Below, in pieces: positions 27,533 through 37,276 of a stretch of 64,000 bases of DNA (positions are counted from its first letter, which is position 1; every line of letters begins with the position of its first letter). Source of the DNA: Thermodesulfobacteriota bacterium (GTDB lineage Bacteria > Desulfobacterota_D > UBA1144 > Nemesobacterales > Mycalebacteriaceae); the NCBI GenBank assembly GCA_965205855.1, contig OZ242184.1, forward strand, positions 32,001 to 96,000, written 5' to 3'. Both the position numbers and the translations under genes were made by a program. The notes below the pieces were generated by a model. The model searched no databases. It saw only the letters and a program-made list of their open reading frames with translations, and was not told the DNA's origin.

Positions 27533-28222
27533 TCACAGCAAACCGTTTTCAACGAAACTGAAATGCTCGTGCGAGCAGACGATAATGTGGTCAACCAGCC
27601 GTATGTCAAGCGATTTACAGACCCGCGCGAGTTCTTTTGTTATATCTTTGTCGCTTTGCGAAGGGTCGGAGTGGCCGCTCGGATGGTTGTGGACAACTAT
27701 TATTCCGGAGCACCGTCCGATACCAAGCGCCTTCTTTACAACATCCCTTATGTTCATATCGACGCTGCTTACGGACCCTTCGGCAATAACTTCATGCTCA
27801 AGAAACTGGTTTTTTGTGTTGACAAAAATCAGCATCATAAACTCCTTGCTTTCCCTTCCTATCCGTGACTTAGCAAACGAGATTACCGACTGCGGAGAGG
27901 TCAGATAGTCTTCGCGGCGGATTCTTGTTTCCATATAGCGCCAGTTCACCTCCCTTATAAGTCTGATAAATGCGGCGGTGGAATCTCCAACCCCGTCGGC
28001 TTTTTTCAGGTCTTCCGCTCCGGCGTCAAGAACCTCAACAAGGGTCTTGAATTTTCCAATCAGGTTCTTTGCCGCGGGTTTCACATCCCTGCGCGGTATC
28101 GAGTAGGTAAGAAGAAGCTCCAGCGTCTCGTAGTCTTCAAAGGAGGACAGCCCTTCCTTAAGAAACCGTTTTCTGATACGTTTCCTGTGCTCTTCGTAGT
28201 GTTTGCTGATTCTCCGGCTCAC
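27533..28222 (-). CDS. radC: RadC / JAB-domain protein
   Basis: HRKRIRKRF, HhH motif, HNHPSG...PSQSD, LVDHII. Start probably GTG 28222. Confidence 0.93.
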   Translation of the reverse strand: MSRRISKHYEEHRKRIRKRFLKEGLSSFEDYETLELLLTYSIPRRDVKPAAKNLIGKFKTLVEVLDAGAEDLKKADGVGDSTAAFIRLIREVNWRYMETRIRREDYLTSPQSVISFAKSRIGRESKEFMMLIFVNTKNQFLEHEVIAEGSVSSVDMNIRDVVKKALGIGRCSGIIVVHNHPSGHSDPSQSDKDITKELARVCKSLDIRLVDHIIVCSHEHFSFVENGLL

Positions 28223-28281
28223 AATCTGGTAGTTTATCAAGCCGTGTGGAAAAAAGACCAAATTTCTGGAGCATTTGTCAA

Positions 28282-28944
28282 ATGAGAATAGTTCTTGTTC
28301 CCGTAAAAAGATTTTCAAAAGCCAATGAGAGACTTTGCGCCGTACTGTCGCCGGGTCAACGCGAAGGGCTTGCCCGCGTCATGCTTGAAGATGTACTCTC
28401 AAGCATATCGCTCTGCAAACACGTGGACAAAGTTGTTATAGTAACCGCGGAACCCGAAGCGATGGAAATGGGGCGAAGGTTCGGCACGGAGGCAATCGCC
28501 GAGCAAACACAGTGGAGCGAAAGTTCATCGGTTGAGTTTGCAATGAAAAAATGCGGCCAGACGGGAGCCGGGTCGGTTCTTGTGGTTCCGGGAGACATAC
28601 CCCTTGCGCAACCATGGGAATTTGACTCTGTAATGGAAAAAGACGATGGCGAAAAACGCATCGTTGCGGTCCCGTCGCGGGACGGCACGGGAACAAACGC
28701 GCTTATGATGAGGCCTCCGGGCGCCGTGTCTCCGAGTTTCGGGGAAAACAGTTTTATGCGGCACAAAAAAATCGTGTCGGATATGGGAATTGAATTTTCA
28801 TCTCTTATCCTGAGCGGCATAGGGCTCGACATAGACGCGCCGGAAGATCTGGAAACCTTTATGAGCTCCGGCGCGGAGACAACAAAAACGCACAGATATA
28901 TCAACAGCCTAGGAATAAAAACAAAAACCGGAAAACCGGCTTAA
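28282..28944 (+). CDS. cofC: 2-phospho-L-lactate/PEP guanylyltransferase (F420 pathway)
   Basis: VPVKRFSKANERL, MLEDVL, PGDIP, DGTGTNAL, FGENSF, LDIDAPEDL. Confidence 0.88.
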   Translation: MRIVLVPVKRFSKANERLCAVLSPGQREGLARVMLEDVLSSISLCKHVDKVVIVTAEPEAMEMGRRFGTEAIAEQTQWSESSSVEFAMKKCGQTGAGSVLVVPGDIPLAQPWEFDSVMEKDDGEKRIVAVPSRDGTGTNALMMRPPGAVSPSFGENSFMRHKKIVSDMGIEFSSLILSGIGLDIDAPEDLETFMSSGAETTKTHRYINSLGIKTKTGKPA

Positions 28945-28948
28945 CAAT

Positions 28949-29836
28949 ATGGGGTTTGTCAATTTCAATTTTCTCGGTCTTGATTCGGAAGAAGCAGATT
29001 TCAAAAGGTCAAAAACGGTCGTTGTTCCGGTCCCTTACGAAAGAACCGTGTCATTTCGAGGAGGCTGCTCGGGTGGCCCGATGGCGATAATAGAGGCGTC
29101 CCGCTCAATTGAGCTTTACGATGACGAACTGGAGTGTTGCCCGTCGGAATCGGGAATACACACATTAAACGAGCTGGAATGCGACATAAACCCCGCCGCA
29201 ATGGTGAAATTGGTGAGGAAAACCTGTCTGGACGCGGCGCAAAAGGGAAAGTTTGTCGCAATGGTGGGAGGAGAACATTCCGTAACACTGGGAGCGTTTC
29301 TGGCGCAAAAAGAGGTTCATCCCGAAATATGCTTTCTCTCGGTGGACGCTCACTGTGACCTGCGGGATAGTTATCAGGGGTCGGATTTTAGTCACGCATG
29401 CGTAACGCGCAGAATTTTGGAAACGGGCGCACAGGTCGTGGAGGCTGGCATAAGAAGTATGTCCTCGGAGGAGGCGGCGTTCGCGCAAGGCCGCAAAGAC
29501 CTTTCAATCTTCAGGGCGGACGACATGGTTGGCCACAACCCTGAAAAATGGATTTCCGAGATTGTGGAAAAACTCGGAGAGGAAGTATATCTCAGCATTG
29601 ATATTGACGGGCTCGACCCTTCATTGATGCCTTCGGTTGGAACCCCGGAACCCGGAGGGCTGGGCTGGCATGACATAACCGCGCTTATACGCGCGGTTTT
29701 TTCCAAAAGAAAAGTTGTGGGCATTGACATAGTTGAGCTATCTCCTATACCGGGCGTTTGCGCGCCAGATGTTACGGCCGCCAAGCTTCTTTATAAAGCC
29801 GTGGGATACAAGTTTTTCGGGTCAGTGAAATCTTGA
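28949..29836 (+). CDS. speB: Agmatinase
   Basis: GGEHSV, DAHCD, SIDIDGLDP, GTPEPGG. Confidence 0.92.
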   Translation: MGFVNFNFLGLDSEEADFKRSKTVVVPVPYERTVSFRGGCSGGPMAIIEASRSIELYDDELECCPSESGIHTLNELECDINPAAMVKLVRKTCLDAAQKGKFVAMVGGEHSVTLGAFLAQKEVHPEICFLSVDAHCDLRDSYQGSDFSHACVTRRILETGAQVVEAGIRSMSSEEAAFAQGRKDLSIFRADDMVGHNPEKWISEIVEKLGEEVYLSIDIDGLDPSLMPSVGTPEPGGLGWHDITALIRAVFSKRKVVGIDIVELSPIPGVCAPDVTAAKLLYKAVGYKFFGSVKS

Positions 29837-29889
29837 TAAACCCCATGCCGGTATGCTACAATCGGGTTTTCCGAATTTTTCAAACAAGC

Positions 29890-29961
29890 GGCGGCGTAGC
29901 TCAGAGGTAGAGCAGGGCTCTCATAAGGCCCCTGTCGGAGGTTCGAGTCCTCCCGCCGCCA
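29890..29961 (+). tRNA. tRNA with CAT anticodon, probably elongator Met, CCA not encoded
   Basis: GGCGGCG/CGCCGCC acceptor stem, GGGCT-CTCATAA-GGCCC, TTCGA loop. Ile2 is not excluded. Confidence 0.9.
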
Positions 29962-29986
29962 AAGCAAAAAGTTTTCAGATGAAAAC

Positions 29987-30391
29987 CTAATCTTCCTTTT
30001 TTTTAAAATCCAAAGAAACGGAGTTGATGCAGTATCTCATTCCGGTTGTTTTAGAGGGACCGTCGGGGAAAACATGTCCTAGATGCGCGTCGCAATTTGA
30101 GCACATAACCTCGACTCTACTCATTTCAACCGAGTCGTCCTGTTCGGTTTTGACATTTTCGCCTTCCGCTGGACGGTCAAAACTCGGCCATCCCGTTCCC
30201 GAATCAAATTTTGAATCGGACTTAAAAAGAGCCTGTCCGCAACATACGCAGACATACTCTCCCTTCTCTTTATGGCTGTTGTATTCTCCGGTGAAAGGTT
30301 TTTCCGTTCCCTTCTTGCGCGCAACGGCAAATTGCTCGTCCGTTAGCTCCTTTTTCCACTGCTCGTCTGTTTTTACCACTTTATCCGACAT
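29987..30391 (-). CDS. msrB: Peptide-methionine (R)-S-oxide reductase
   Basis: GTEKPF, KFDSGTGWPSF, HLGHVFPDGP, RYCINS. Confidence 0.97.
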   Translation of the reverse strand: MSDKVVKTDEQWKKELTDEQFAVARKKGTEKPFTGEYNSHKEKGEYVCVCCGQALFKSDSKFDSGTGWPSFDRPAEGENVKTEQDDSVEMSRVEVMCSNCDAHLGHVFPDGPSKTTGMRYCINSVSLDFKKKED

Positions 30392-30423
30392 GGCAATCAA
30401 CCTAACAAGGCAAAGACTCCATG

Positions 30424-31281
30424 TCAAAACCTCCGGTCTTTTTTGAGAAAACGCGATTTCGCTTCGCGTCCGCGCTTAAGGAGTTTTACAAGCTCTTTTT
30501 TGTTTCCGGATCTGACCGCTCCGCCAATCGCGTCAACTTCACGGGAAAACCCTTCCAGCGCCTCAAGAACCGGGCCGGAATTTTGAATAAGTATTCCCGC
30601 CCACATCTCCGGTTCGCTCATCGCGATTCTGGTTGTGTCTCTGAGTCCGCCGCCGGAAATGGAAAAAACATCAGGCCCTTCAGAGCGCGCAGATGCGGCG
30701 GCGGAGGCGAGAGAGTAGGCGCACACATGGGGAAGATGGCTTACAAAAGCAAACATCCGGTCGTGCTTTTCGGGAGACATTCTCAGTATCCGGGCTCCCA
30801 TTTTTTCCCAAACGGCTTCAACCTTTTTTGACGCCTCGTCGGGCTCGCATGCGACTACCACGGGGTTGTCCTTAAAAATGCCCCTTTTGTAGTTGCGCGC
30901 ACCGTGGGTTTCGTCTCCCGCAATCGGGTGCGCGGGCACAAAACTCACATCTTCGGGCAAAATACGGTTTATACTCGCGACAATCGGGGCTTTGACGCTT
31001 CCCACATCTGTCAAAATCAGACCGGGACGGGACGAGGCGAAAATCCCGAGCGAGATCGTTTCCATAAAATCAACCGGAACCGCAAGCACGCAGATTTCCG
31101 TGCCCGGTGGAATCTTTCCGGGATCGTCAAACCCCTTATCCACAAGACCCTCCGAAACGCAGAAGGCGACCGCTTCGGAGTCTTTATCCACACCCGTAAC
31201 TTCAGACGCGATACTCAGCGCCTTGAGGTCGGCGCAGACCGAAGCTCCCATCTTTCCAAGTCCCACAACGGCAATTTTCAT
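30424..31281 (-). CDS. tyrA: Prephenate dehydrogenase
   Basis: GLGKMG, DVGSVK, HPIAG, SHLPH, RDTTRIA. Confidence 0.93.
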   Translation of the reverse strand: MKIAVVGLGKMGASVCADLKALSIASEVTGVDKDSEAVAFCVSEGLVDKGFDDPGKIPPGTEICVLAVPVDFMETISLGIFASSRPGLILTDVGSVKAPIVASINRILPEDVSFVPAHPIAGDETHGARNYKRGIFKDNPVVVACEPDEASKKVEAVWEKMGARILRMSPEKHDRMFAFVSHLPHVCAYSLASAAASARSEGPDVFSISGGGLRDTTRIAMSEPEMWAGILIQNSGPVLEALEGFSREVDAIGGAVRSGNKKELVKLLKRGREAKSRFLKKDRRF

Positions 31282-31288
31282 TCTTTTC

Positions 31289-32377
31289 TCACTTCCCCAT
31301 CACTCCGACGACGGCTTTTATGAAAGCCGCGTTATGCTCGGCGGTTCCCACAGTGACTCTTATGTGATTGGCAAGCCCATATGCCGAAGCCGGGCGCACA
31401 ATAACGCCTTTGCGCAGAAGTTTTTCATAAACCCGCGCCGAATTTTCCCCCGTATCGGCAAGAACAAAGTTTGCTTTCGATTCCGTATGGAATATTCCCA
31501 GAGAGCCAAGTTGAGAGAAAAGATAGTCAAGCCCGGCAAGGTTTGTCTCCCGCGAAAAGGTGGTGTGAGAGTCATCTTTTAAAGCCGCTAGCGCCGCTAT
31601 TTGGGCCGGGGAATTGACGTTGAAAGGCTCTTTGGCACGATTTAAAAACGCCGCCACCGGTTGCGAGGCAACCGCGTAGCCTATTCTCATTCCCGCAAGC
31701 CCATGAATTTTTGAAAAGGTTCTGACGGTTACAATTCCCTCCCTGGTTCGGTGATAATCAAGGGAGTCAGGGTAGTTTTCGTCCTCTACATACTCAAAAT
31801 AAGCCTCATCCATAACTATGAGAACATGTTCGGGAACTTTACCGAGAAAATCCTCGAACTCGCTTCGCGAGAAAATCGTGCCGGTTGGGTTGTTAGGGTT
31901 CGCGAGAAAAACAACCTTCGTCCGTGGAGTCAAACGCGCCGCAAAGTCTTCAAGGTCGTGCTTTAAAAAAGGCATCGGGGAAACAACCCCTTTCGCTCCC
32001 GCCGCCGTAGTGACTATCGGATAAACAACAAAACCGTGCGCGCCGTATACAGCCTCATCGCCCGGTCCGAGAAAAGCCTTCGCAATAAGGTCCAGAACCT
32101 CGTTGGAACCGTTGCCGACAACCAGATTTTCCGGCATGACGCCGAGATTTTCTGAAAGCGCCTCCTTGAGCGCGCCGCAACCTCCGTCGGGATAGAGATG
32201 TATTTGAGAACCGAAGGACTTCAAAGCTTCAACCGCCATCGGCGAAGGGCCGAAAGGGTTTTCATTGGAAGCCATTTTGACCGCACCTTTTATGCCAATC
32301 TCTTTCTCAATCTGCTCCGAAGTTTTTCCCGGCACATAGACGGGAAGATTTTTTATGTTTTCTTTCGGGGTAATCAT
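31289..32377 (-). CDS. hisC: Histidinol-phosphate aminotransferase
   Basis: SNENP, NPNNPTG, DEAY, RTFSK. Confidence 0.95.
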   Translation of the reverse strand: MITPKENIKNLPVYVPGKTSEQIEKEIGIKGAVKMASNENPFGPSPMAVEALKSFGSQIHLYPDGGCGALKEALSENLGVMPENLVVGNGSNEVLDLIAKAFLGPGDEAVYGAHGFVVYPIVTTAAGAKGVVSPMPFLKHDLEDFAARLTPRTKVVFLANPNNPTGTIFSRSEFEDFLGKVPEHVLIVMDEAYFEYVEDENYPDSLDYHRTREGIVTVRTFSKIHGLAGMRIGYAVASQPVAAFLNRAKEPFNVNSPAQIAALAALKDDSHTTFSRETNLAGLDYLFSQLGSLGIFHTESKANFVLADTGENSARVYEKLLRKGVIVRPASAYGLANHIRVTVGTAEHNAAFIKAVVGVMGK

Positions 32378-33510
32378 CAAGGGCTCGTTTGTGTTTTTTT
32401 ACCGGAAAAATAACATCCGAGAGTTTTGAAAGACGAGCTTTTGCTCTCAATTTTCTCCAGAAGAGCATCGGTTTTCCGCTGCCCGGGGCTTCCTTCAAAA
32501 TCCACAAAAAAGATGTACTCCCAAGGCCTTTTGCCCGAGGGTCTTGACTCAATTCTGGTAAGGTTGACCCCGGCCGAAGCAAGCGGAGAGAACAGGGTTT
32601 TTTGCAAAGCCCCCGGCTCGTCTTTTGTTGAAAAAATTATGGATACCTTGTTTCCCTCTCCCATTTCCCGGGAAGCGGAGGATTTTTCCACCGTCACAAA
32701 ACGTGTGGCGTTGAGCGGGTTGTCTTCTATATTTTCCGCAACGACGCGCAGTTTGTATATGGAGGCGGAATAAGTGCTTGAAACCGCGGCCGTATATCCG
32801 TCCGTCGCGGCAATGGCGGCTGCGGCCGCGGTGCTTGGGGTTTCCACTAGTTTCGCACCCGGCAGGTTTGTCAAAAGCCACTTTCTGCACTGACCGAGGG
32901 CTTGCGGGTGAGAGGCAACATTTCTGATGCTTCTCAGGTTTGCGGTTTTGGACACAAGAAAATGGCTTATGTTCTCAAAATACTCCCCCACTATTCTGAC
33001 TTCACTTTCGGCTATTATTTCAAGAACCCTCGCAACGGAGCCCTCCGTGGAATTCTCTATTGGCACAAAGCCCTTTGAAACAGACCCCGCCAAAACCCTG
33101 TCGAAAACATCCTCAAGGGTCTTGCAGACTATAAGCTCATTGGGCACGCGAAAGACCTTTGACGCCGCCTGATGGGAAAAACTTCCCTCGGGGCCAAGGT
33201 ATGAGACCCTTCCCCGGGACTGAAGATTCCTGCAGGAGTGTATTATCTCCCTGAAAATGGAAAGCGCCGCAAAATCGTCCAGAGGCCCTTTGTTGAGGCG
33301 GACTATTTTTTTCTCTATCTCTTTTTCCCTCTCCGGATCGTAAACGCCTTTTGACATCTCTTTCTTCACATCCATTATTCCAACGGCAAGCGAAGCTCTT
33401 TTGTTTACTGACTTCAGTATTCCTTTGTCAATCGCGTCTATCTCAGCCCTCAGAGCCGAAAGGGTCGCGGAACGTTGTTTTTTTGAAGGTTTCTTTGCCA
33501 TCTTTCTCAT
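32377..33510 (-). CDS. pheA: Chorismate mutase / prephenate dehydratase (P-protein)
   Basis: LRAEIDAID, YLGPEGSFS, SHPQALGQC, TRF, IESRP. Confidence 0.96.
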   Translation of the reverse strand: MRKMAKKPSKKQRSATLSALRAEIDAIDKGILKSVNKRASLAVGIMDVKKEMSKGVYDPEREKEIEKKIVRLNKGPLDDFAALSIFREIIHSCRNLQSRGRVSYLGPEGSFSHQAASKVFRVPNELIVCKTLEDVFDRVLAGSVSKGFVPIENSTEGSVARVLEIIAESEVRIVGEYFENISHFLVSKTANLRSIRNVASHPQALGQCRKWLLTNLPGAKLVETPSTAAAAAIAATDGYTAAVSSTYSASIYKLRVVAENIEDNPLNATRFVTVEKSSASREMGEGNKVSIIFSTKDEPGALQKTLFSPLASAGVNLTRIESRPSGKRPWEYIFFVDFEGSPGQRKTDALLEKIESKSSSFKTLGCYFSGKKTQTSP

Positions 33511-33560
33511 CGGGAACCGTGCAAGTCGGTTTTTTCTTATAAATCAGCGGTTTTACAAAG

Positions 33561-34325
33561 TCAAATTACCGTTCTGAAAACCGTGAGCACTTTTACCTCG
33601 CGAGCTCCGGCGCAAAGAAGCGCCTCCGCACACTCGTTGACCGTTGAGCCGGTGGTAAAAACATCGTCAAAGAGCATTACTCTTTTATTTTTTAGGTTTT
33701 TCCTTTCCGAACCCCTGGTTGAAAAGGCCCCACGCACGTTTTTTCTCCTTTCGTTTATCCCAGAAAAAGAAGCCTGTGGAGTCGTGTTTAAAACTCTTTC
33801 AAGGGCAAAAGGCACATGTGGTTTTTTCATTGAAAGGGCGAGTTTTGAAGAAACAAGAGCCGACTGGTTGAACTCCCTCTGCCTGAGCCTTGCAGGATGA
33901 AGAGGAACTGGCACAACAACGTCAAAACCTCCAAAATCCGCCGGAAAAAAATCCAAGACCAACATAGATAGAAAACCGCCCAACTGAAATTGGCCGGCGT
34001 ATTTCAGAAGCTTCACCGAGTCGGCTGCGGGTCCGGCAAAGGCAACAACCGAACGAGCAAGGGAAAAAATGTGTTTTCCACCAATACAGGAGCCGCAAAC
34101 AGAACCCGTAGTGTTTGCGGCAAGAACATTTCCGCAGCATTTGCATATCTCCTCGGCTGAAAGAAAAATAAACCCTCTTTCGCACCCGACGCACAAATTG
34201 CCTTTGATGAATTTTTCTTCCCGCACACGGGATGTCAAAAACAGACCACAGACAGAACACCTGCGCGGGAAAAGAGATTCAAGTAGCCCTTCCGTCATAC
34301 GGTGAAAAATTTCCAAGGTTGTCAT
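33561..34325 (-). CDS. comF: ComF family (zinc ribbon plus PRTase) protein
   Basis: CxxC pairs, PVPLHPARLRQREFNQS, DDVFTTGST. Start ATG overlaps the dnaN stop. Confidence 0.9.
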   Translation of the reverse strand: MTTLEIFHRMTEGLLESLFPRRCSVCGLFLTSRVREEKFIKGNLCVGCERGFIFLSAEEICKCCGNVLAANTTGSVCGSCIGGKHIFSLARSVVAFAGPAADSVKLLKYAGQFQLGGFLSMLVLDFFPADFGGFDVVVPVPLHPARLRQREFNQSALVSSKLALSMKKPHVPFALERVLNTTPQASFSGINERRKNVRGAFSTRGSERKNLKNKRVMLFDDVFTTGSTVNECAEALLCAGAREVKVLTVFRTVI

Positions 34326-35458
34326 GGAAGAAGCGGCATCAATACGCAAAAGAAGTCTTCGTTGTCAACCATTTTCATAACGGCGGGTTTTTTGCCGTCC
34401 CCGACTCGAAACTCAATATCGGCGCCATCGAGAAAGTTAAGGGAGTCAACAATGAACTCAGGGTTAAAAGACGCTTTTGCCTCATCAACGGCGGAATTCA
34501 GGGCGATTGTCTCGATTCCCTCTCCATACTCTGTTTGGCCACTCGTAAAAGACAGGGTTAACCCCTCTGCTTTAACATCAACTCTTTTTGAGTCATGAGA
34601 GAAAACACTGACTCTCCTCACTGTACCAAGCATCTTGTTTCTGTCGGTCACGGCAGGATTTAAATCAAGTGAGGATATGTCGGGCACGGCTCTTGTGTAT
34701 TCAGGAAAAGGAATATCAACGGGAGTGGAAATAACGGTCGTGTCTCCGGATTTGAAAAAAGCCTTTTCCTTGTCGAAAGACACATGGACATTGCCGTCCT
34801 GGTCTTCTTTTTCCTTCTCGGAAGACTTGACTATCTTTGCCAGCTCCGCAACTGCCTTTCTGGACAGAACAACTTTCTCAAAATCGGGCTTTTCTCCAAC
34901 ATCTCTCTGAAAATAAGCAAGCCTGCGGCTGTCTGTCGCCACAAGTCTGATTTTTCCGTCCATCGGCTCAAAAAGGACACCGTTGAGGTTGCGCATTGAT
35001 ATTTCCTTTGAAGAGAAGTTCAAAAGGGACGGTATTGTATTTGAAATGCTTGAAGCCGGGATATTGAACTGCCGATTTGAGGAGGAAAATGAAACATTTG
35101 GGAACTCGCTACCGGGGATATAAGGAAACTTGAATTTGGCAGAAGGTATGACAACTTCCATCCAGTTGTTTTTGTGTACTTTGATTGTTACCTCGTCGGT
35201 GTCTATGTTTCTTATTGTTTCCATAAAAATCTGCGCTGGAACTAGAATGTCAAAATCGGCTTTAGGGCAGTCTTCTGACCTGAAGAAACTTACAATGGTG
35301 GACTCAAGATCTGTCGCGGCGATAAAAGCCTCTTTTTTCTTCAAAGACCCTCTTATAAGAATATTTTTGAGGATATCGTTCGGAGAATTTGACTCCGTAA
35401 GTCCTATGACCAAAGACAATTTTTCCAGGAGAGGTTGTCTCTTTACTTTTATGTCCAT
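34322..35458 (-). CDS. dnaN: DNA polymerase III beta clamp
   Basis: ATDLE, LNGVL, VATDSRRLA, FPEY, C-terminal VLMP. Lies downstream of dnaA. Confidence 0.95.
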   Translation of the reverse strand: MDIKVKRQPLLEKLSLVIGLTESNSPNDILKNILIRGSLKKKEAFIAATDLESTIVSFFRSEDCPKADFDILVPAQIFMETIRNIDTDEVTIKVHKNNWMEVVIPSAKFKFPYIPGSEFPNVSFSSSNRQFNIPASSISNTIPSLLNFSSKEISMRNLNGVLFEPMDGKIRLVATDSRRLAYFQRDVGEKPDFEKVVLSRKAVAELAKIVKSSEKEKEDQDGNVHVSFDKEKAFFKSGDTTVISTPVDIPFPEYTRAVPDISSLDLNPAVTDRNKMLGTVRRVSVFSHDSKRVDVKAEGLTLSFTSGQTEYGEGIETIALNSAVDEAKASFNPEFIVDSLNFLDGADIEFRVGDGKKPAVMKMVDNEDFFCVLMPLLP

Positions 35459-35727
35459 AAGTTTTCCACCTTTTTACCGGGGATCTGCTACTTTTTCTAT
35501 TATATATTTATATTTAATATAAACAACAGTGGTAGTAAGGGGATGTTGAATTGTTTAAAAATAGGAAACTTCCTTAAATACAAAGGGGTTTTTATTTTTT
35601 TCTCTGTTTAAAACTTGTTCAAAGTCTGTGGAATTATTCTGAATAACTTCCCGTTATTTGGGGAAGAAAATCCTCTGGAAAAACTTTTCCACATTTTTCC
35701 ACAATCTTTCCCCAAAAAAAATGAGAT
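35459..35727. other. Putative oriC
   Basis: dnaA-dnaN gap with TTTTCCACA at 35685 and 35695, four box-like 9-mers phased every 11 bp (35605, 35616, 35627, 35638), a trio-like tract at 35521-35538 and a pure A/T run at 35498-35523. Confidence 0.8.
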
Positions 35728-37125
35728 TTAAGCTCTCATTCTGTCCTCAATTTCTTTTATGGCGCTCACTGTCACATTATCTTCCATTGAGATGTTTTTC
35801 TCTATCTTGGAAACGGCATACATAACGGTTGAGTGGTCTCTATTGCCGAAAACCTCGCCGATTGAAATATATGGCATATGAAGGTGTTTCTTGATGAGAA
35901 ACATAGCTATCTGTCTTGGAAATGTGATTGTTCGTGTTCTCTTTTGTGATTCAATTTGGCCTTTTGTCAAATTGAAAACGGTTTCAACGGTGGCTTTGAT
36001 TATCTCTATGGAGATATCCTCTTTTCTATTTCCCCCATCTGCCCTTGATTTGGACATATAGATTATGTCTTCCCGATCGTCAATAACCTGATGAGCGGTT
36101 CTTATGTCTATCGGTTTTCCCCATACTTCGGCGAGAATCACAAGTTTTGTGAGAACTCCCTCAAGTTCCCTGACGTTTTTGTGCACTTTTTCGGATATAA
36201 ACTCCACAACTCCTTCGGGTATTTCCACATTTCTTTCCTTGGCTTTTTTTGTTAAAATAGCGGTTCTTGTCTCTATGTCTGGCGGTCTTATGTCAGCTAT
36301 CAGACCCCACATAAACCTTGATGTTATTCTTTCCTCGAAATTTTCCATTTCCTCTGGCACTTTGTCGCTTGTAACGACTATCTGTTTTCCCGAGTCGTAG
36401 AGCGCATTGAAAGTGTGGAAGAACTCTTCAAGGGTGCTTCTTTTGCCTTCTATGAACTGAATGTCGTCAATCATAAGAAGGTCGCAACTACTCCTCAGTT
36501 TTTTGCGCATCAGCGCTGTGTTTCTGTTTCTTATGTGCTCAACGACAAGGTTTGTGAAATCTTCGGAAGAAATGCAGCAGATTTTAAGGTTCGGATGCCT
36601 TTTTAAGAATTCGTTTCCAATCGCGTTCATAAGGTGGGTTTTTCCTAGCCCGGAAGCGCCCCTTACAAAAAGCGGGTTGTGCTGTCCCGGATTCTTGACG
36701 CAACCGAGAGCCGCAGCGTTTGCAAAGTTGTTGCTTTCACCTACGACAAAACTGTCAAATGTGTACTTTGAGTTCAAATACCCGAGAAAGACATCCTTTG
36801 TCATGTTTTTTTCGAGTTCGGAAACAACCCCGTCGGACGCATTTCCCCCCCTGGAGGGATTTTTGACTTCAACCTGTTTTATGTTGTGGTATCTCTCAAA
36901 ATAGCGGGATATTTCAAACATTGAATTGCCGAGATTACCCTTCAGGAAATGAACACCCAGCTCGTCCCTGGGGCATATCTCAACAATGCTCTCTTTTTCA
37001 TCAATCCTTGCAATGCTTGATTTAGAAAGCAGGTCAAACATCTCGGTCGACATCTCGTCGCCCTGACTGATGTTTGCCAGAAACATATCCCACACCTTTT
37101 TTAGGCTTTCTTGTTCTTTTTCCAT
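35728..37125 (-). CDS. dnaA: Chromosomal replication initiator
   Basis: YTFDSFVVG, GASGLGKTHL, IDDIQF, EEFFHTFN, NVRELEG, RDHSTV. Confidence 0.99.
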   Translation of the reverse strand: MEKEQESLKKVWDMFLANISQGDEMSTEMFDLLSKSSIARIDEKESIVEICPRDELGVHFLKGNLGNSMFEISRYFERYHNIKQVEVKNPSRGGNASDGVVSELEKNMTKDVFLGYLNSKYTFDSFVVGESNNFANAAALGCVKNPGQHNPLFVRGASGLGKTHLMNAIGNEFLKRHPNLKICCISSEDFTNLVVEHIRNRNTALMRKKLRSSCDLLMIDDIQFIEGKRSTLEEFFHTFNALYDSGKQIVVTSDKVPEEMENFEERITSRFMWGLIADIRPPDIETRTAILTKKAKERNVEIPEGVVEFISEKVHKNVRELEGVLTKLVILAEVWGKPIDIRTAHQVIDDREDIIYMSKSRADGGNRKEDISIEIIKATVETVFNLTKGQIESQKRTRTITFPRQIAMFLIKKHLHMPYISIGEVFGNRDHSTVMYAVSKIEKNISMEDNVTVSAIKEIEDRMRA

Positions 37126-37276
37126 TCCGCCGTTATCAAGAGAGAAAGCCTTTATAGTTTTTCTGGAAAAAAAGGAAAACAACTCTCACTCGTACTCACC
37201 TGACTGAAGTCTAAACTGGAAAACAATTGTGTCAACCCCGCGTTTCCACGCCCCTGTTTTGTGTAAAGTAAACCCC

